From NCBI GenBank assembly GCA_946620645.1, contig CAMONN010000001.1:1-54966 (forward strand): a stretch of DNA of 54,966 nt, given 5' to 3'. A program made the translations under genes and the position numbers. This stretch comes from an uncultured Clostridia bacterium. Lineage in GTDB: Bacteria; Bacillota; Clostridia; Oscillospirales; Oscillospiraceae. Shown here piece by piece: positions 8,625 through 17,638 of the stretch. Below the pieces are notes generated by a model. It saw only the letters and a list, made by a program, of their open reading frames with translations. It did not search any database and was not told where the DNA came from. Position 1 is the stretch's first letter; each line of letters starts with the position of its first letter.

Positions 8625-9128
8625 ATGGAACTGACACATTTTGACGAACGGGGAAATGCCAGGATGGTTGACGTCTCCGAAAAGGCGGTCACCGCCCGGA
8701 CAGCGACCGCCGAGGGCCGCATTCAGGTAAGTCCGGAGGTTTTTGAGGCGGTTCGGCAGAAGACTGTAAAAAAAGGCGATGTGCTGACAGTGGCACAGGT
8801 TGCCGGGATTCTCGGCTGCAAGCGGACGGCGGAGCTCATTCCCATGTGCCACCTGCTGAACCTCACCAACGCCACCCTGACCTTTGAGCTCCTGCCCGCC
8901 ACCGATGAAATCCGCGCTCTCTGCACGGTGAAAACGGAGGGAAAGACCGGCGTGGAAATGGAGGCGCTGACCGGCGTCTCGGTGGCGCTGCTGACCATCT
9001 ACGATATGTGCAAGGCCATTGACAAGCGCATGGTGATGAAGGAAATCCATCTGGTGGAAAAGCACGGCGGCAAGAGCGGGGATTTCTTCTTTGAAGAGAA
9101 AGGCGGAAGCGATGAGGAGCGGGATTAA
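8625..9128 (+). CDS. moaC: Cyclic pyranopterin monophosphate synthase MoaC
   Basis: LTHFDERGNARMVDVSEKAVTARTA...IPMCHLL...TGVEMEALTGVSVALLTIYDMCKA are canonical MoaC motifs. Confidence 0.9.
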   Translation: MELTHFDERGNARMVDVSEKAVTARTATAEGRIQVSPEVFEAVRQKTVKKGDVLTVAQVAGILGCKRTAELIPMCHLLNLTNATLTFELLPATDEIRALCTVKTEGKTGVEMEALTGVSVALLTIYDMCKAIDKRMVMKEIHLVEKHGGKSGDFFFEEKGGSDEERD

Positions 9129-9335
9129 TACCCTGCGGATGCTGGCGGGCGGAAAGGCCTCCGGCCGTGTGAAGAAGGCCGGGCCGAAAAAGAAAGCCGG
9201 GCCGAAAAAGAAGCCCCGGCCGCTGAAGGCTGTTCTGGCCGGAGCGCTTATGGGCCGGACGATCGACTTTCTGGAGGGGCGCTGGAAGAATGATCTCTGG
9301 CGGCCGTAAAAGATGTAAAGGGAAAGGAACAGAAA

Positions 9336-9632
9336 ATGGAGATTTGCAAGCAGGCAGAGGGTGAAAAGCTGACGATTACCCTGAAGGGCAGACTGGACAC
9401 GATGACATCTCCCGAACTGGAGGAGGCGCTGAAGGAGAGCCTTGAAAAGGTGAAGGAGCTGGTCTTTGACTTTACGGACGTGGAATACATTTCCTCAGCA
9501 GGGCTGCGAGTACTGCTGGGCTCCCAGAAGGCCATGGGCGAGAACGGGAAGATGATCATCCGCCATGTGAACGAGCCGGTTATGGAGGTATTTGAAGTAA
9601 CGGGCTTTACGAATGTGTTCACCATTGAGTAA
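9336..9632 (+). CDS. STAS-domain protein (anti-sigma-factor antagonist, SpoIIAA-like)
   Basis: 98 aa. The pattern LTITLKGRLDTMTSPELEEAL...DFTDVEYISSAGLRVLL contains the conserved phospho-Ser context (ISSAGL). Confidence 0.8.
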   Translation: MEICKQAEGEKLTITLKGRLDTMTSPELEEALKESLEKVKELVFDFTDVEYISSAGLRVLLGSQKAMGENGKMIIRHVNEPVMEVFEVTGFTNVFTIE

Positions 9633-9663
9633 GCCGCTGAGACCGGCTTAAACAGAAAATAAT

Positions 9664-9717
9664 ATCACGGTCCCCGAAAGCGGATGTTTACAGAAACAGA
9701 GCTCCGGGGACCGTGAT
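9664..9717. terminator. 13-bp perfect inverted repeat with a 28-nt loop; likely a bidirectional terminator
   Basis: ATCACGGTCCCCG ... CGGGGACCGTGAT, flanked by T-rich tracts on both strands. It lies between the convergent STAS and mutY genes. Confidence 0.5.
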
Positions 9718-9720
9718 GTT

Positions 9721-10851
9721 TTAACCGGGGTTGCCGGCTTTTTCTTCTGAAAGCAGTCTCTGCCAGGACCGAAAGGCAGTGGGAAGCGGGAATGAGGCAA
9801 GAATCTCTTCCGGAGTGCGCCACAGGAAACCGGGCGCCTCCTCCCCGCAGTCCAGGAGATACCCGGACATCCGCCATTCCACGTGGGTAAAAATATGTTT
9901 GGCCGAGCCTTGGGGCGTAACACGGAAAACCGAAAGGCCGTATTCGGCGGCGAGAGCCGGAACCTGATCCGCGGACAGGGCTCCGTCCACGGTGGGAAAC
10001 TCCCAAAGTCCGGCCAGCAGCCCCGCTGCGGGACGGCGGCGGATGGCGTAGCGGGTTCCGCAGCGCAGGAGAAGGACGGTTTTTTCCTCCGCCCGGCGGG
10101 GGGCTTTGGCGCTTTTTACCGGGAAGCTGAGTTCACGGCTCTCCCGGTGGGCGCGGCAGAGGGCGGAGAGCGGGCAGACATCGCAGCGGGGAGAACCGTT
10201 GGGGAGGCAGACGGTCTCCCCGAGCTCCATCAGGCCTTCGGTCAGAAGCCCTGCCGAATAACCTTCGGGATAGCAGCCGCGCAGCGCTTCGGATACGCGG
10301 CGTTTTGTTTTCTGTTCGGCGATGTCGTCTCCGCAGGCGGTAAGCCGCGTTATGACCCGCAGGACGTTGCCGTCCACGGCGGGTTCCGGCAGACCAAAGG
10401 CCAGGGAGGCGATGGCGCCCGCGGTATAGTCTCCGATCCCCGGAAGCTTCCGCAGCTCTTCCGCCGAGGGGGGAAGACGGCCGCCGTACTCCCGCATGAG
10501 AAGGACGGCGGCTTTTTTCAGATTGCGGGCGCGGCTGTAGTAACCGAGACCCTCCCAGAGCTTCAGCAGCCGGTCATCCGGGACGGCGGCGAGGCTTGCA
10601 ACATCGGGAAGCTCTTTCAGAAAGCGGGTATAGTAGGGAATGACCGTGTCAATTCTGGTCTGCTGAAGCATGATTTCGGAAACCCAGATCTGATACGGAG
10701 ACGGGCTGCGCCGCCAGGGGAGCATCCGCCGCACAGCGGGATACCAGCGCAGGACGGACACAACGGCATCCTGCAGCAGGCGGTCGGCCTGCAGGGGTGC
10801 GGCCGGGGTTCGGTCAGCCGGCAAGATAGACTTCATCACCGGTAACATCAT
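9721..10851 (-). CDS. mutY: A/G-specific adenine DNA glycosylase MutY
   Basis: HhH-GPD motifs are present (PYQIWVSEIMLQQT, LPGIGDYTAGAI). A 4-Cys Fe-S loop is present (C..PNGSPRCDVCPLSALC). The C-terminal domain is NUDIX-like. The exact start is uncertain (ATGs at 10851, 10848 and 10836), and it overlaps the end of the upstream gene. Confidence 0.85.
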   Translation of the reverse strand: MMLPVMKSILPADRTPAAPLQADRLLQDAVVSVLRWYPAVRRMLPWRRSPSPYQIWVSEIMLQQTRIDTVIPYYTRFLKELPDVASLAAVPDDRLLKLWEGLGYYSRARNLKKAAVLLMREYGGRLPPSAEELRKLPGIGDYTAGAIASLAFGLPEPAVDGNVLRVITRLTACGDDIAEQKTKRRVSEALRGCYPEGYSAGLLTEGLMELGETVCLPNGSPRCDVCPLSALCRAHRESRELSFPVKSAKAPRRAEEKTVLLLRCGTRYAIRRRPAAGLLAGLWEFPTVDGALSADQVPALAAEYGLSVFRVTPQGSAKHIFTHVEWRMSGYLLDCGEEAPGFLWRTPEEILASFPLPTAFRSWQRLLSEEKAGNPG

Positions 10852-12355
10852 TCACACCGACGCCGAAGGCATCGACGGTATACCAGGCCGAAGTGGCGGT
10901 GTGAGCCGGAAGACCGTCCTGTTCGACCGTTTCATACAGGTGGATCGTAAAGCTGCCGTCTTCATTGGCGCTGACCTCCGCTTCGGGCGGGTAGAAGAGG
11001 TTTTCCAGGAAGTAATACTGCCGGGCCAGCAGGCCCAGGGTCTCTTCTGAGTAAGGGCCGGGCTCCGCCGGAACAAAACGGACAAAGGGATCAAAGGTAT
11101 AGGTACCTGACAGAATCGTGCTGTCCGGACTGCCGGCGGATGAATCCGCCGGACGGACAGTCAGAAGATACGAAGACTGAACCTGAGAGAGCACCACGGA
11201 TTTGAAGAGTCTGGAGACATCGCTTCCATTTCGGTAAATGGTTGTGTAATTGGTGACGTACTCGTTGCTCTGTACGGAGGTCGCACGATCCAGAACATAG
11301 ACTTCTTCATAGGTCTCAGGATCACCGCCGCGGAAAACAGCCCCATGAACCTCAACATCTCCGGCCTCGTTCGGGATCATCCAGTACTGCAGATTGCCGT
11401 CTCCGTCAAAGCATTCGTAACTGGCGTTGGCGGCGCAGGGCTCCATCGTGTAGATCCCGGTCTGGATATTGTCCCCGGAACCGCCGGCGAGGGTCTTTTC
11501 ATTTCTGCCGATGTCCATTGTGACGGTATCGCCATCGAAATCCAGCTCAAACCATCTGAACCAGTCGGAAACTTTGTTGCCCCGGGCATCGTAAATATCG
11601 TAAACCAGCGCAGTTTTATCGTCAACGAATTCCGCGGAGTTAAAGTCCAGAACAAAAACACTCTCGTAGAAAGTCGGATCGCCGGAACGGAAGTAGCAGT
11701 GCAGAACCGGATTATCCGCGTAAACTCCGGTGAGGTCCAGCCAGTATTTGGGCATGCCGTCTTCCTCGCGGTAGAGATAGACCGGGTACAGCGTCTCCTG
11801 ACTCTCTTCAGGGCGCTCAGCCGGGACGTCCTTACTCTCAGAAAGGAAGACCGCGTTTTCAATTACCTCTTCCAGCATGCCGTCAACGGTAAAGCCAAGA
11901 GAGGGAATCTCCTTGGAACAGAACATATAGGTCCGCTCGCCGACGGTGATGAAGACGCGGCGGTCAACCGCGGCATAGCCGCTGACGGTGTAAGCATAGT
12001 CCACTTCATAGCAGAGCTTGTCGCCGAAGGTTTTCAGCTCCGGCGAGGCGGTGACCTTAAAGCCCTGCCTCTGATACTGTTCCGCCAGGGAATCTGTCAG
12101 GTGGTCAATGAAGTCTTCCTCGCTGTCGAACTGACTGGTCGCCATCAGCATGACATAGGGGATATAACCGTCGTTCTGGGCGTAGATGTAATAGGTGTTT
12201 CCCTTAAGAACGGCCGAGGCCGCATTATCGGGAACGGCGATACGGAGGTCCCAGTCGGCAAGGGTGTCATAATTGCCCCCGGAGGCAAAGGCGACCGGGC
12301 TGAGCAGCAGGGAGAGTACCAGAACCAGCCCCAGAAGCACAGGCAATTTCTTCAT
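10814..12355 (-). CDS. Secreted protein of unknown function with an internal domain duplication
   Basis: Signal peptide MKKLPVLLGLVLVLSLLLSPVAFA. Two paralogous modules share YW.D...H..FR.GDP..YE.V.VLD. The upstream SD is GAAAGGACGG. The gene lies 27 nt downstream of deoD. Confidence 0.7.
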   Translation of the reverse strand: MKKLPVLLGLVLVLSLLLSPVAFASGGNYDTLADWDLRIAVPDNAASAVLKGNTYYIYAQNDGYIPYVMLMATSQFDSEEDFIDHLTDSLAEQYQRQGFKVTASPELKTFGDKLCYEVDYAYTVSGYAAVDRRVFITVGERTYMFCSKEIPSLGFTVDGMLEEVIENAVFLSESKDVPAERPEESQETLYPVYLYREEDGMPKYWLDLTGVYADNPVLHCYFRSGDPTFYESVFVLDFNSAEFVDDKTALVYDIYDARGNKVSDWFRWFELDFDGDTVTMDIGRNEKTLAGGSGDNIQTGIYTMEPCAANASYECFDGDGNLQYWMIPNEAGDVEVHGAVFRGGDPETYEEVYVLDRATSVQSNEYVTNYTTIYRNGSDVSRLFKSVVLSQVQSSYLLTVRPADSSAGSPDSTILSGTYTFDPFVRFVPAEPGPYSEETLGLLARQYYFLENLFYPPEAEVSANEDGSFTIHLYETVEQDGLPAHTATSAWYTVDAFGVGVNDVTGDEVYLAG

Positions 12356-12382
12356 CTCAGCACCGTCCTTTCTTCTTTGCTT

Positions 12383-13120
12383 TTAAAGAGCTGCCATGCA
12401 GACTGCCGTATCCAGGGCAACCTCCATCATCTGGGTGAAGGAGTTCTGGCGATCCTCCGCAGGGAGATTGTCCTCCGGCCGGTAGATGTGGTCGGAAATG
12501 GTGCAGATGGCCAGGGCGCGCTTGCCGGCATAGGCGGCGTTGGCATAAAGCCCGGCGGCCTCCATCTCAACCGCAAGGACACCCATGCGCTTCCACTGGT
12601 CATTCCGGCTGCAGCCCTCTGCGGCGTAGAAGGGATCAGAGGACAGGAGATTTCCCACCCGCATCTTCAGCCCCTTCTCGGAGGCGACCTTTACCGCGGT
12701 GCTGAGCAGGGTATAGTCCGCAATGGGGGCGAAGGTGGCGGTCTCACCCAGACCGAAGCTTTTGACATAGTTGGAGTTGGTGCAGGCCGCCTGCCCGGCG
12801 ACCAGGTCGCGCAGCTTCAGGTCATCCTGCAGGGCACCGGCGGAGCCGATACGGATGATATTGTCCACATTGTAGAAATTATACAGCTCCCAGCTGTAGA
12901 TCCCGATGGACGGGATGCCCATGCCGGAGGCCATAACAGTTACAGGAACGCCCTTCCAGGTTCCGGTGTGGCCCTGAACGCCACGGACGTTGTTGACAAG
13001 GACGGGATCGGTGAGAAAGGTTTCCGCAATGAACTTCGCCCGCAGGGGGTCACCGGGCATCAGAACGGTTTTGGCGATCTGCTCTACTGAAGCGTTAATG
13101 TGCGGGGTTGGAATTGACAT
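12383..13120 (-). CDS. deoD: Purine nucleoside phosphorylase, DeoD type
   Basis: MSIPTPHINA...VLMPGDPLRAKFIAETFL...SGMGIPSIGIYS...AVEMEAAGLY. The start at 13120 follows a GGAGGA SD. Confidence 0.9.
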   Translation of the reverse strand: MSIPTPHINASVEQIAKTVLMPGDPLRAKFIAETFLTDPVLVNNVRGVQGHTGTWKGVPVTVMASGMGIPSIGIYSWELYNFYNVDNIIRIGSAGALQDDLKLRDLVAGQAACTNSNYVKSFGLGETATFAPIADYTLLSTAVKVASEKGLKMRVGNLLSSDPFYAAEGCSRNDQWKRMGVLAVEMEAAGLYANAAYAGKRALAICTISDHIYRPEDNLPAEDRQNSFTQMMEVALDTAVCMAAL

Positions 13121-13184
13121 GGTGATTCCTCCGATTTTGTCCATATTTTTTAAAAGTATAATAGACAAAAAGGAAAAAGTCAAA

Positions 13185-13213
13185 TTGAAAGAACGACCCT
13201 TCTGTGTTATAGT
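13185..13213 (+). promoter_or_regulatory. SigA-type promoter for the udk-tdk-sufCB-larA gene string
   Basis: TTGAAA, 17-nt spacer, TATAGT. Confidence 0.5.
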
Positions 13214-13284
13214 AGCCTGGACAGACGGAATACAGGCCCGGGAGCAGACGGGCGTCTGAATACGGAGAGCGGAGGGAACACATC

Positions 13285-13902
13285 ATGCAGAAAGCCATGG
13301 TCATCGGTATCGCAGGCGGCACCGGAAGCGGAAAGTCCACCATCACGAGGCGGCTGGTCCAGCGCTTTGGAAATGACGTTTGTGTTCTCTCTTACGATAA
13401 CTACTATAAGGCCCAGCATGAGGTTCCCTTTGAGGAGCGGGTGAAGGTTAATTACGACCACCCGGATGCTTTTGATACAGAACGGTTTCTGAAGGATCTG
13501 CGGGCGCTGAAGGCGGGGAAGGCCATTGAGTGCCCGGTCTACGACTACACGATTCACGACCGGCTGGAACAGACAAAAACCCTGCGTCCCGCCAAGGTTG
13601 TGGTGGTGGAGGGAATCCTGATTTTTGCCAGCCAGGAGCTTTGCGACGAGATGGATATCCGGCTTTTTGTGGATGCCGATGCCGATGTGCGGATTCTCCG
13701 GCGTATTGTGCGGGATGTCCGGGACCGCGGCAGGAGCCTTGAGAGCGTGATGAACCAGTACCTGACCACGGTAAAGCCCATGCACGAGCGGTTTGTGGAG
13801 CCCTCCAAGCGCCGCGCAGACATTATTGTTCCGGAAGGCGGACACAATCTGGTGGCTCTGGATATGATCATGGAGCGGGTACGGGCCCATCTGGCACAGT
13901 AA
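13285..13902 (+). CDS. udk: Uridine kinase
   Basis: P-loop IAGGTGSGKST, then NYDHPDAFD and VVVVEGIL motifs. Confidence 0.9.
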   Translation: MQKAMVIGIAGGTGSGKSTITRRLVQRFGNDVCVLSYDNYYKAQHEVPFEERVKVNYDHPDAFDTERFLKDLRALKAGKAIECPVYDYTIHDRLEQTKTLRPAKVVVVEGILIFASQELCDEMDIRLFVDADADVRILRRIVRDVRDRGRSLESVMNQYLTTVKPMHERFVEPSKRRADIIVPEGGHNLVALDMIMERVRAHLAQ

Positions 13903-13978
13903 ACCGGGAGGGAACAGGCCCGCCGGCATGACCGATGGCAGGCCATGAAATTTCAGGATGGAAAAGGAACGGAAACGG

Positions 13979-14563
13979 ATGGCAAAACTATATTTTAAAT
14001 ACGGCGCGATGGGATCATCCAAGTCCGCCCAGGCGCTGATTACCAAGTTCAACTATGAGGAGCTGGGAATGAGCGTCTGGCTGATTAAACCCAGCACCGA
14101 TACCCGGGACGGGGCGGATCTGATAAAAAGCAGAATCGGGCTTTCCTGCAGGGCGCAGGTGATCCCGCCGGAGCAGAGCATTCTGGAGGCCTACCGAAGT
14201 GCCGGACGCCATGATGTGATCATTGCGGATGAAGCGCAGTTCTTCACCCCGGCGCAGATTGATGAGCTTCGGACGCTGGTGGATGAGGAGGATCTTCCGG
14301 TCCTGTGCTTCGGGCTGAGAACCGACTTCCTGACGCATTTTTTCCCGGGAGCGCAGCGGCTGATGGAGCTGGCGGACTCCCTGACCGAAATCAAAACGGT
14401 CTGCGCCTGCGGCAGGAAGGCCACCGTCAACGCACGAATTGACGCAAACGGAAGGATCGTTACGGAGGGCAGCCAGGTACTTCTGGGAGGAAACGACAGC
14501 TACCAGGCAATGTGCCATCAATGCTGGAAGCGGAAAATCCGCGAGCAGACTGAGAGAGAATAA
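13979..14563 (+). CDS. tdk: Thymidine kinase
   Basis: MAKLYFKYGAMGSSKS aligns with the E. coli Tdk N-terminus. The C-terminal zinc ribbon is present (C.CG...C..C). Confidence 0.85.
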   Translation: MAKLYFKYGAMGSSKSAQALITKFNYEELGMSVWLIKPSTDTRDGADLIKSRIGLSCRAQVIPPEQSILEAYRSAGRHDVIIADEAQFFTPAQIDELRTLVDEEDLPVLCFGLRTDFLTHFFPGAQRLMELADSLTEIKTVCACGRKATVNARIDANGRIVTEGSQVLLGGNDSYQAMCHQCWKRKIREQTERE

Positions 14564-14610
14564 AAGGAAGGGATTGCGGCGATCCTGGCGGCGCCGCAGG
14601 GATAGAGAAC

Positions 14611-15333
14611 ATGCTTGAAATCAAGAACCTGAGTTTTTCCGTCGAAGAGGACGGCGTACGGAAGGATATCATCAAAGACCTGAGCGCAAAGGTGGAGGAC
14701 GGAAAGTTTGTCGTCATCACCGGACCCAACGGCAGCGGAAAGTCGACGCTGGCAAGGCTTATCATGGGCATCGAAAGGCCCACCGGAGGACAGATTCTCC
14801 TGGACGGGGAGGATATCTCCGGGCTGGACATTACCGAGCGGGCGAAGAAGGGCATCAGTTTTGCCTTCCAGCAGCCGGTGCGCTTTAAGGGAATCCGGGT
14901 GAAGGATCTGCTGCGCCTGGCGTCGGGGAGACACCTGTCGGTTTCGGAGGCCTGCGACTATCTGTCGGAGGTGGGCCTCTGCGCCCGGGATTACATTGAC
15001 CGGGAAATCAATTCCTCGCTCTCCGGGGGCGAGCTCAAGCGCATTGAAATTGCAACGCTGCTGGCAAGACACACCCGGCTCTCGGTCTTTGACGAGCCGG
15101 AGGCGGGTATTGATCTCTGGAGTTTCCAGAATCTGATCCGCATTTTTGAAAAGATGCGCAGTGAAATCAGCGACAGTTCCATTGTCATCATTTCCCATCA
15201 GGAACGGATTCTGAACATTGCGGATGAAATCCTGCTGCTGAGAGCCGGCGCCATCCAGGAAAGCGGAACGCCGGAAGAGATGATGCCGAAGCTGGTGACC
15301 GCCGGAAACGGCGTCTGCCAGCGGCTGCAGTAA
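14611..15333 (+). CDS. sufC: SufC-like Fe-S cluster assembly ATPase
   Basis: Walker A GPNGSGKST, the SufC-like FAFQQP segment, signature LSGGELKR and Walker B VFDEPEAGID. Confidence 0.8.
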   Translation: MLEIKNLSFSVEEDGVRKDIIKDLSAKVEDGKFVVITGPNGSGKSTLARLIMGIERPTGGQILLDGEDISGLDITERAKKGISFAFQQPVRFKGIRVKDLLRLASGRHLSVSEACDYLSEVGLCARDYIDREINSSLSGGELKRIEIATLLARHTRLSVFDEPEAGIDLWSFQNLIRIFEKMRSEISDSSIVIISHQERILNIADEILLLRAGAIQESGTPEEMMPKLVTAGNGVCQRLQ

Positions 15334-15346
15334 GGAGGAAAGAGAC

Positions 15347-16273
15347 ATGGTAAAACTCGACGCCATTCAGAAGCGGCTGATCGAAGAGATTGCCGATCTG
15401 CACAGTGTTCCGGAAGGGGCCTATAATTTCCGTGCCAACAGCCAGCTGGCCGGGCGTAACACGACGGCAAATATTGACATTGTCTCCAAAGAAGACGGCA
15501 GCGGCATCGATATTCATATTAAGCCGGGAACGAAAAAGGAGAGCGTGCATATCCCCGTGGTGCTGTCCCAGAGCGGCATCAAGGAAACGGTGTACAACGA
15601 CTTTTATATCGGCGAGGACAGTGATGTGGTCATCGTTGCGGGCTGCGGTATTGATAACTGCGGCAGTCAGGATTCGGAACACGATGGTATCCACCGCTTT
15701 TATGTGGGAAAGAACGCGAAAGTAAAGTATGTGGAAAAGCACTACGGTTCCGGAGACGGCCGGGGCCAGCGGATTCTGAACCCGGTCACCGAGGTCTACA
15801 TGGAAGAAGACAGCACCATGGAGATGGAGATGGAGCAGATCAAGGGTGTGGACTCCACCGACAGGAAGACAATTGCCGAACTCAAGGCCGGAGCAAAGCT
15901 GGTTGTCAAAGAGCGCCTCATGACCCACGGAAGCCAGAGCGCCGAAAGCGGCTATCAGGTGAGCCTGAACGGAGAGGGCGCCTCGGCGGACGTGGTTTCC
16001 CGAAGCGTGGCGCGGGATGACTCCAGCCAGACCTTCAACGCCCGCATTACCGGCAACGCCCCCTGCAACGGCCATACCGAGTGCGACTCCATCATTATGG
16101 ATAACGGACGTATTCTTGCAATTCCGTCCCTTGAGGCCAATAACGTGGACGCCATGCTGGTACACGAGGCTGCCATCGGCAAGATCGCCGGGGATCAGCT
16201 TACCAAGCTTATGACCCTCGGACTTACCGAGCAGCAGGCGGAAGAACAGATTATTAACGGCTTCCTGAGCTGA
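15347..16273 (+). CDS. Short SufB/SufD-family scaffold protein (308 aa)
   Basis: The composition is beta-helix-like. A VAGCGIDNCG Cys pair is present. The C-terminal LVHEAAIGKIAGDQLTKLMTLGLTEQQAEEQIINGFL segment is typical of SufB/SufD. Confidence 0.75.
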   Translation: MVKLDAIQKRLIEEIADLHSVPEGAYNFRANSQLAGRNTTANIDIVSKEDGSGIDIHIKPGTKKESVHIPVVLSQSGIKETVYNDFYIGEDSDVVIVAGCGIDNCGSQDSEHDGIHRFYVGKNAKVKYVEKHYGSGDGRGQRILNPVTEVYMEEDSTMEMEMEQIKGVDSTDRKTIAELKAGAKLVVKERLMTHGSQSAESGYQVSLNGEGASADVVSRSVARDDSSQTFNARITGNAPCNGHTECDSIIMDNGRILAIPSLEANNVDAMLVHEAAIGKIAGDQLTKLMTLGLTEQQAEEQIINGFLS

Positions 16274-16322
16274 GGGGCCGGAGTCCGAGAGGTTCCCAGA
16301 CAAGAAAAAAGAGGTGTCGCAG

Positions 16323-17579
16323 ATGCTCCAGATTCCTTATGGAAAAACGCATATCCCTTTTGATGAAAAGGATGCCGCTGTGCTTCTTTCCCGTATCGGG
16401 GAACTGAGGGCGGAGGGTGACGGACTCTCCATTGTCAGGGCGGCCATGGAAAGCCCCATTGACAGTCCCCGGCTGTCAGAGCTTGCAAGGGGCAGAGAGA
16501 ACTGCGTCATTATTATTTCCGACCACACGCGGCCGGTGCCCAGCAGGGACATTCTCCCGAACATGTTCCGGGAGCTCCGGGAGGGAAACCCTGAGATCGA
16601 TATTACGCTCCTGGTCGCAACCGGTTTCCACCGTCCCGCAACGGAAGCGGAACTGCGGGCCAAGCTGGGGAATGAGATCTATGAGGGGTCGAAAATCATT
16701 ATTCACGACTGCCGGGATCCCGAAAGCAATGTAAGGGTCGGCACTCTCCCCTCCGGTGCGCCCTGCGTCATTGACCGGGCTGCCGCGGAGGCGGACCTGC
16801 TCATCTCGGAGGGTTTTATTGAGCCGCATTTTTTCGCAGGCTTCTCCGGCGGACGAAAGAGCGTCCTGCCCGGCATCTGCGATCAGGTCACGGTGCTCGG
16901 CAACCATTGCAGCAGATTTATCGACAGTGACAACTCCCGTACAGGGAAACTGGATGGCAACCCGATGCACGAGGATATGCTGGCGGCGGCAAGGCTTGCG
17001 AAGCTGGCCTATATTGTAAACGTCATTATTGATGAGGATAAAAGAACCGTTGCCGCCTTTGCCGGAGATTTTGAGACCGCGCACCGGGCCGGCTGCGAGT
17101 TTCTCCTCAGCTATGCGAAGGTCAGCCCTGCTCCGGCGGATATCGTCGTCACATCCAACGGCGGCGCCCCGCTGGACCAGAACATTTACCAGTGCGTCAA
17201 GAGCATGACGGCCGCGGAAGCAAGCTGCAGGCCGGGGGGAGTCATCATTGAGTGCGCCGAATGCGCCGACGGCCACGGGGGGCAGGCCTTTTATGAGTCT
17301 CTGAGGGACTGTAAGAGCGCCGGGGAACTGTATGCCGAATTTATGGCGACGCCGCAGGAAAGGACCATTGCCGACCAGTGGGAGAGCCAGATTCTTGCCC
17401 GCATTCTGAAAAAGTATACGGTCATCATGGTCACGAGGCCTGAACTCAGAACCATGGTGGAAGAGATGAAGATGCAGTACGCCGCCACGCTGGAAGAGGC
17501 GCTTGCCGCGGCGAAGGCCATGGGCGGAAAAACGCTCACGGTAATTCCGAACGGAATTTCGGTCATTGTTTCCGACTGA
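16323..17579 (+). CDS. larA: LarA-family nickel-pincer (NPN)-dependent 2-hydroxyacid racemase/epimerase
   Basis: Lactate racemase N-terminal domain features are present: ISDHTRPVP, GFHRPAT, EPHFFAGFSGGRKSVLPG and GNHC. I chose the ATG at 16323, which has an AGAGGTG SD. The track's start at 16314 is a GTG. Confidence 0.85.
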   Translation: MLQIPYGKTHIPFDEKDAAVLLSRIGELRAEGDGLSIVRAAMESPIDSPRLSELARGRENCVIIISDHTRPVPSRDILPNMFRELREGNPEIDITLLVATGFHRPATEAELRAKLGNEIYEGSKIIIHDCRDPESNVRVGTLPSGAPCVIDRAAAEADLLISEGFIEPHFFAGFSGGRKSVLPGICDQVTVLGNHCSRFIDSDNSRTGKLDGNPMHEDMLAAARLAKLAYIVNVIIDEDKRTVAAFAGDFETAHRAGCEFLLSYAKVSPAPADIVVTSNGGAPLDQNIYQCVKSMTAAEASCRPGGVIIECAECADGHGGQAFYESLRDCKSAGELYAEFMATPQERTIADQWESQILARILKKYTVIMVTRPELRTMVEEMKMQYAATLEEALAAAKAMGGKTLTVIPNGISVIVSD

Positions 17580-17638
17580 AGATGTGAAAAACAGGCCGCG
17601 GAAAGCGATTCTGCGGCAGCACAGGGGGAGGTAAAGGG

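Noticed and set aside
11345-13090. 581-aa plus-strand ORF antisense to the secreted protein and deoD.
   Set aside because: It spans two independently supported minus-strand genes and their intergenic SD. It has no motifs and shows shadow-ORF composition.
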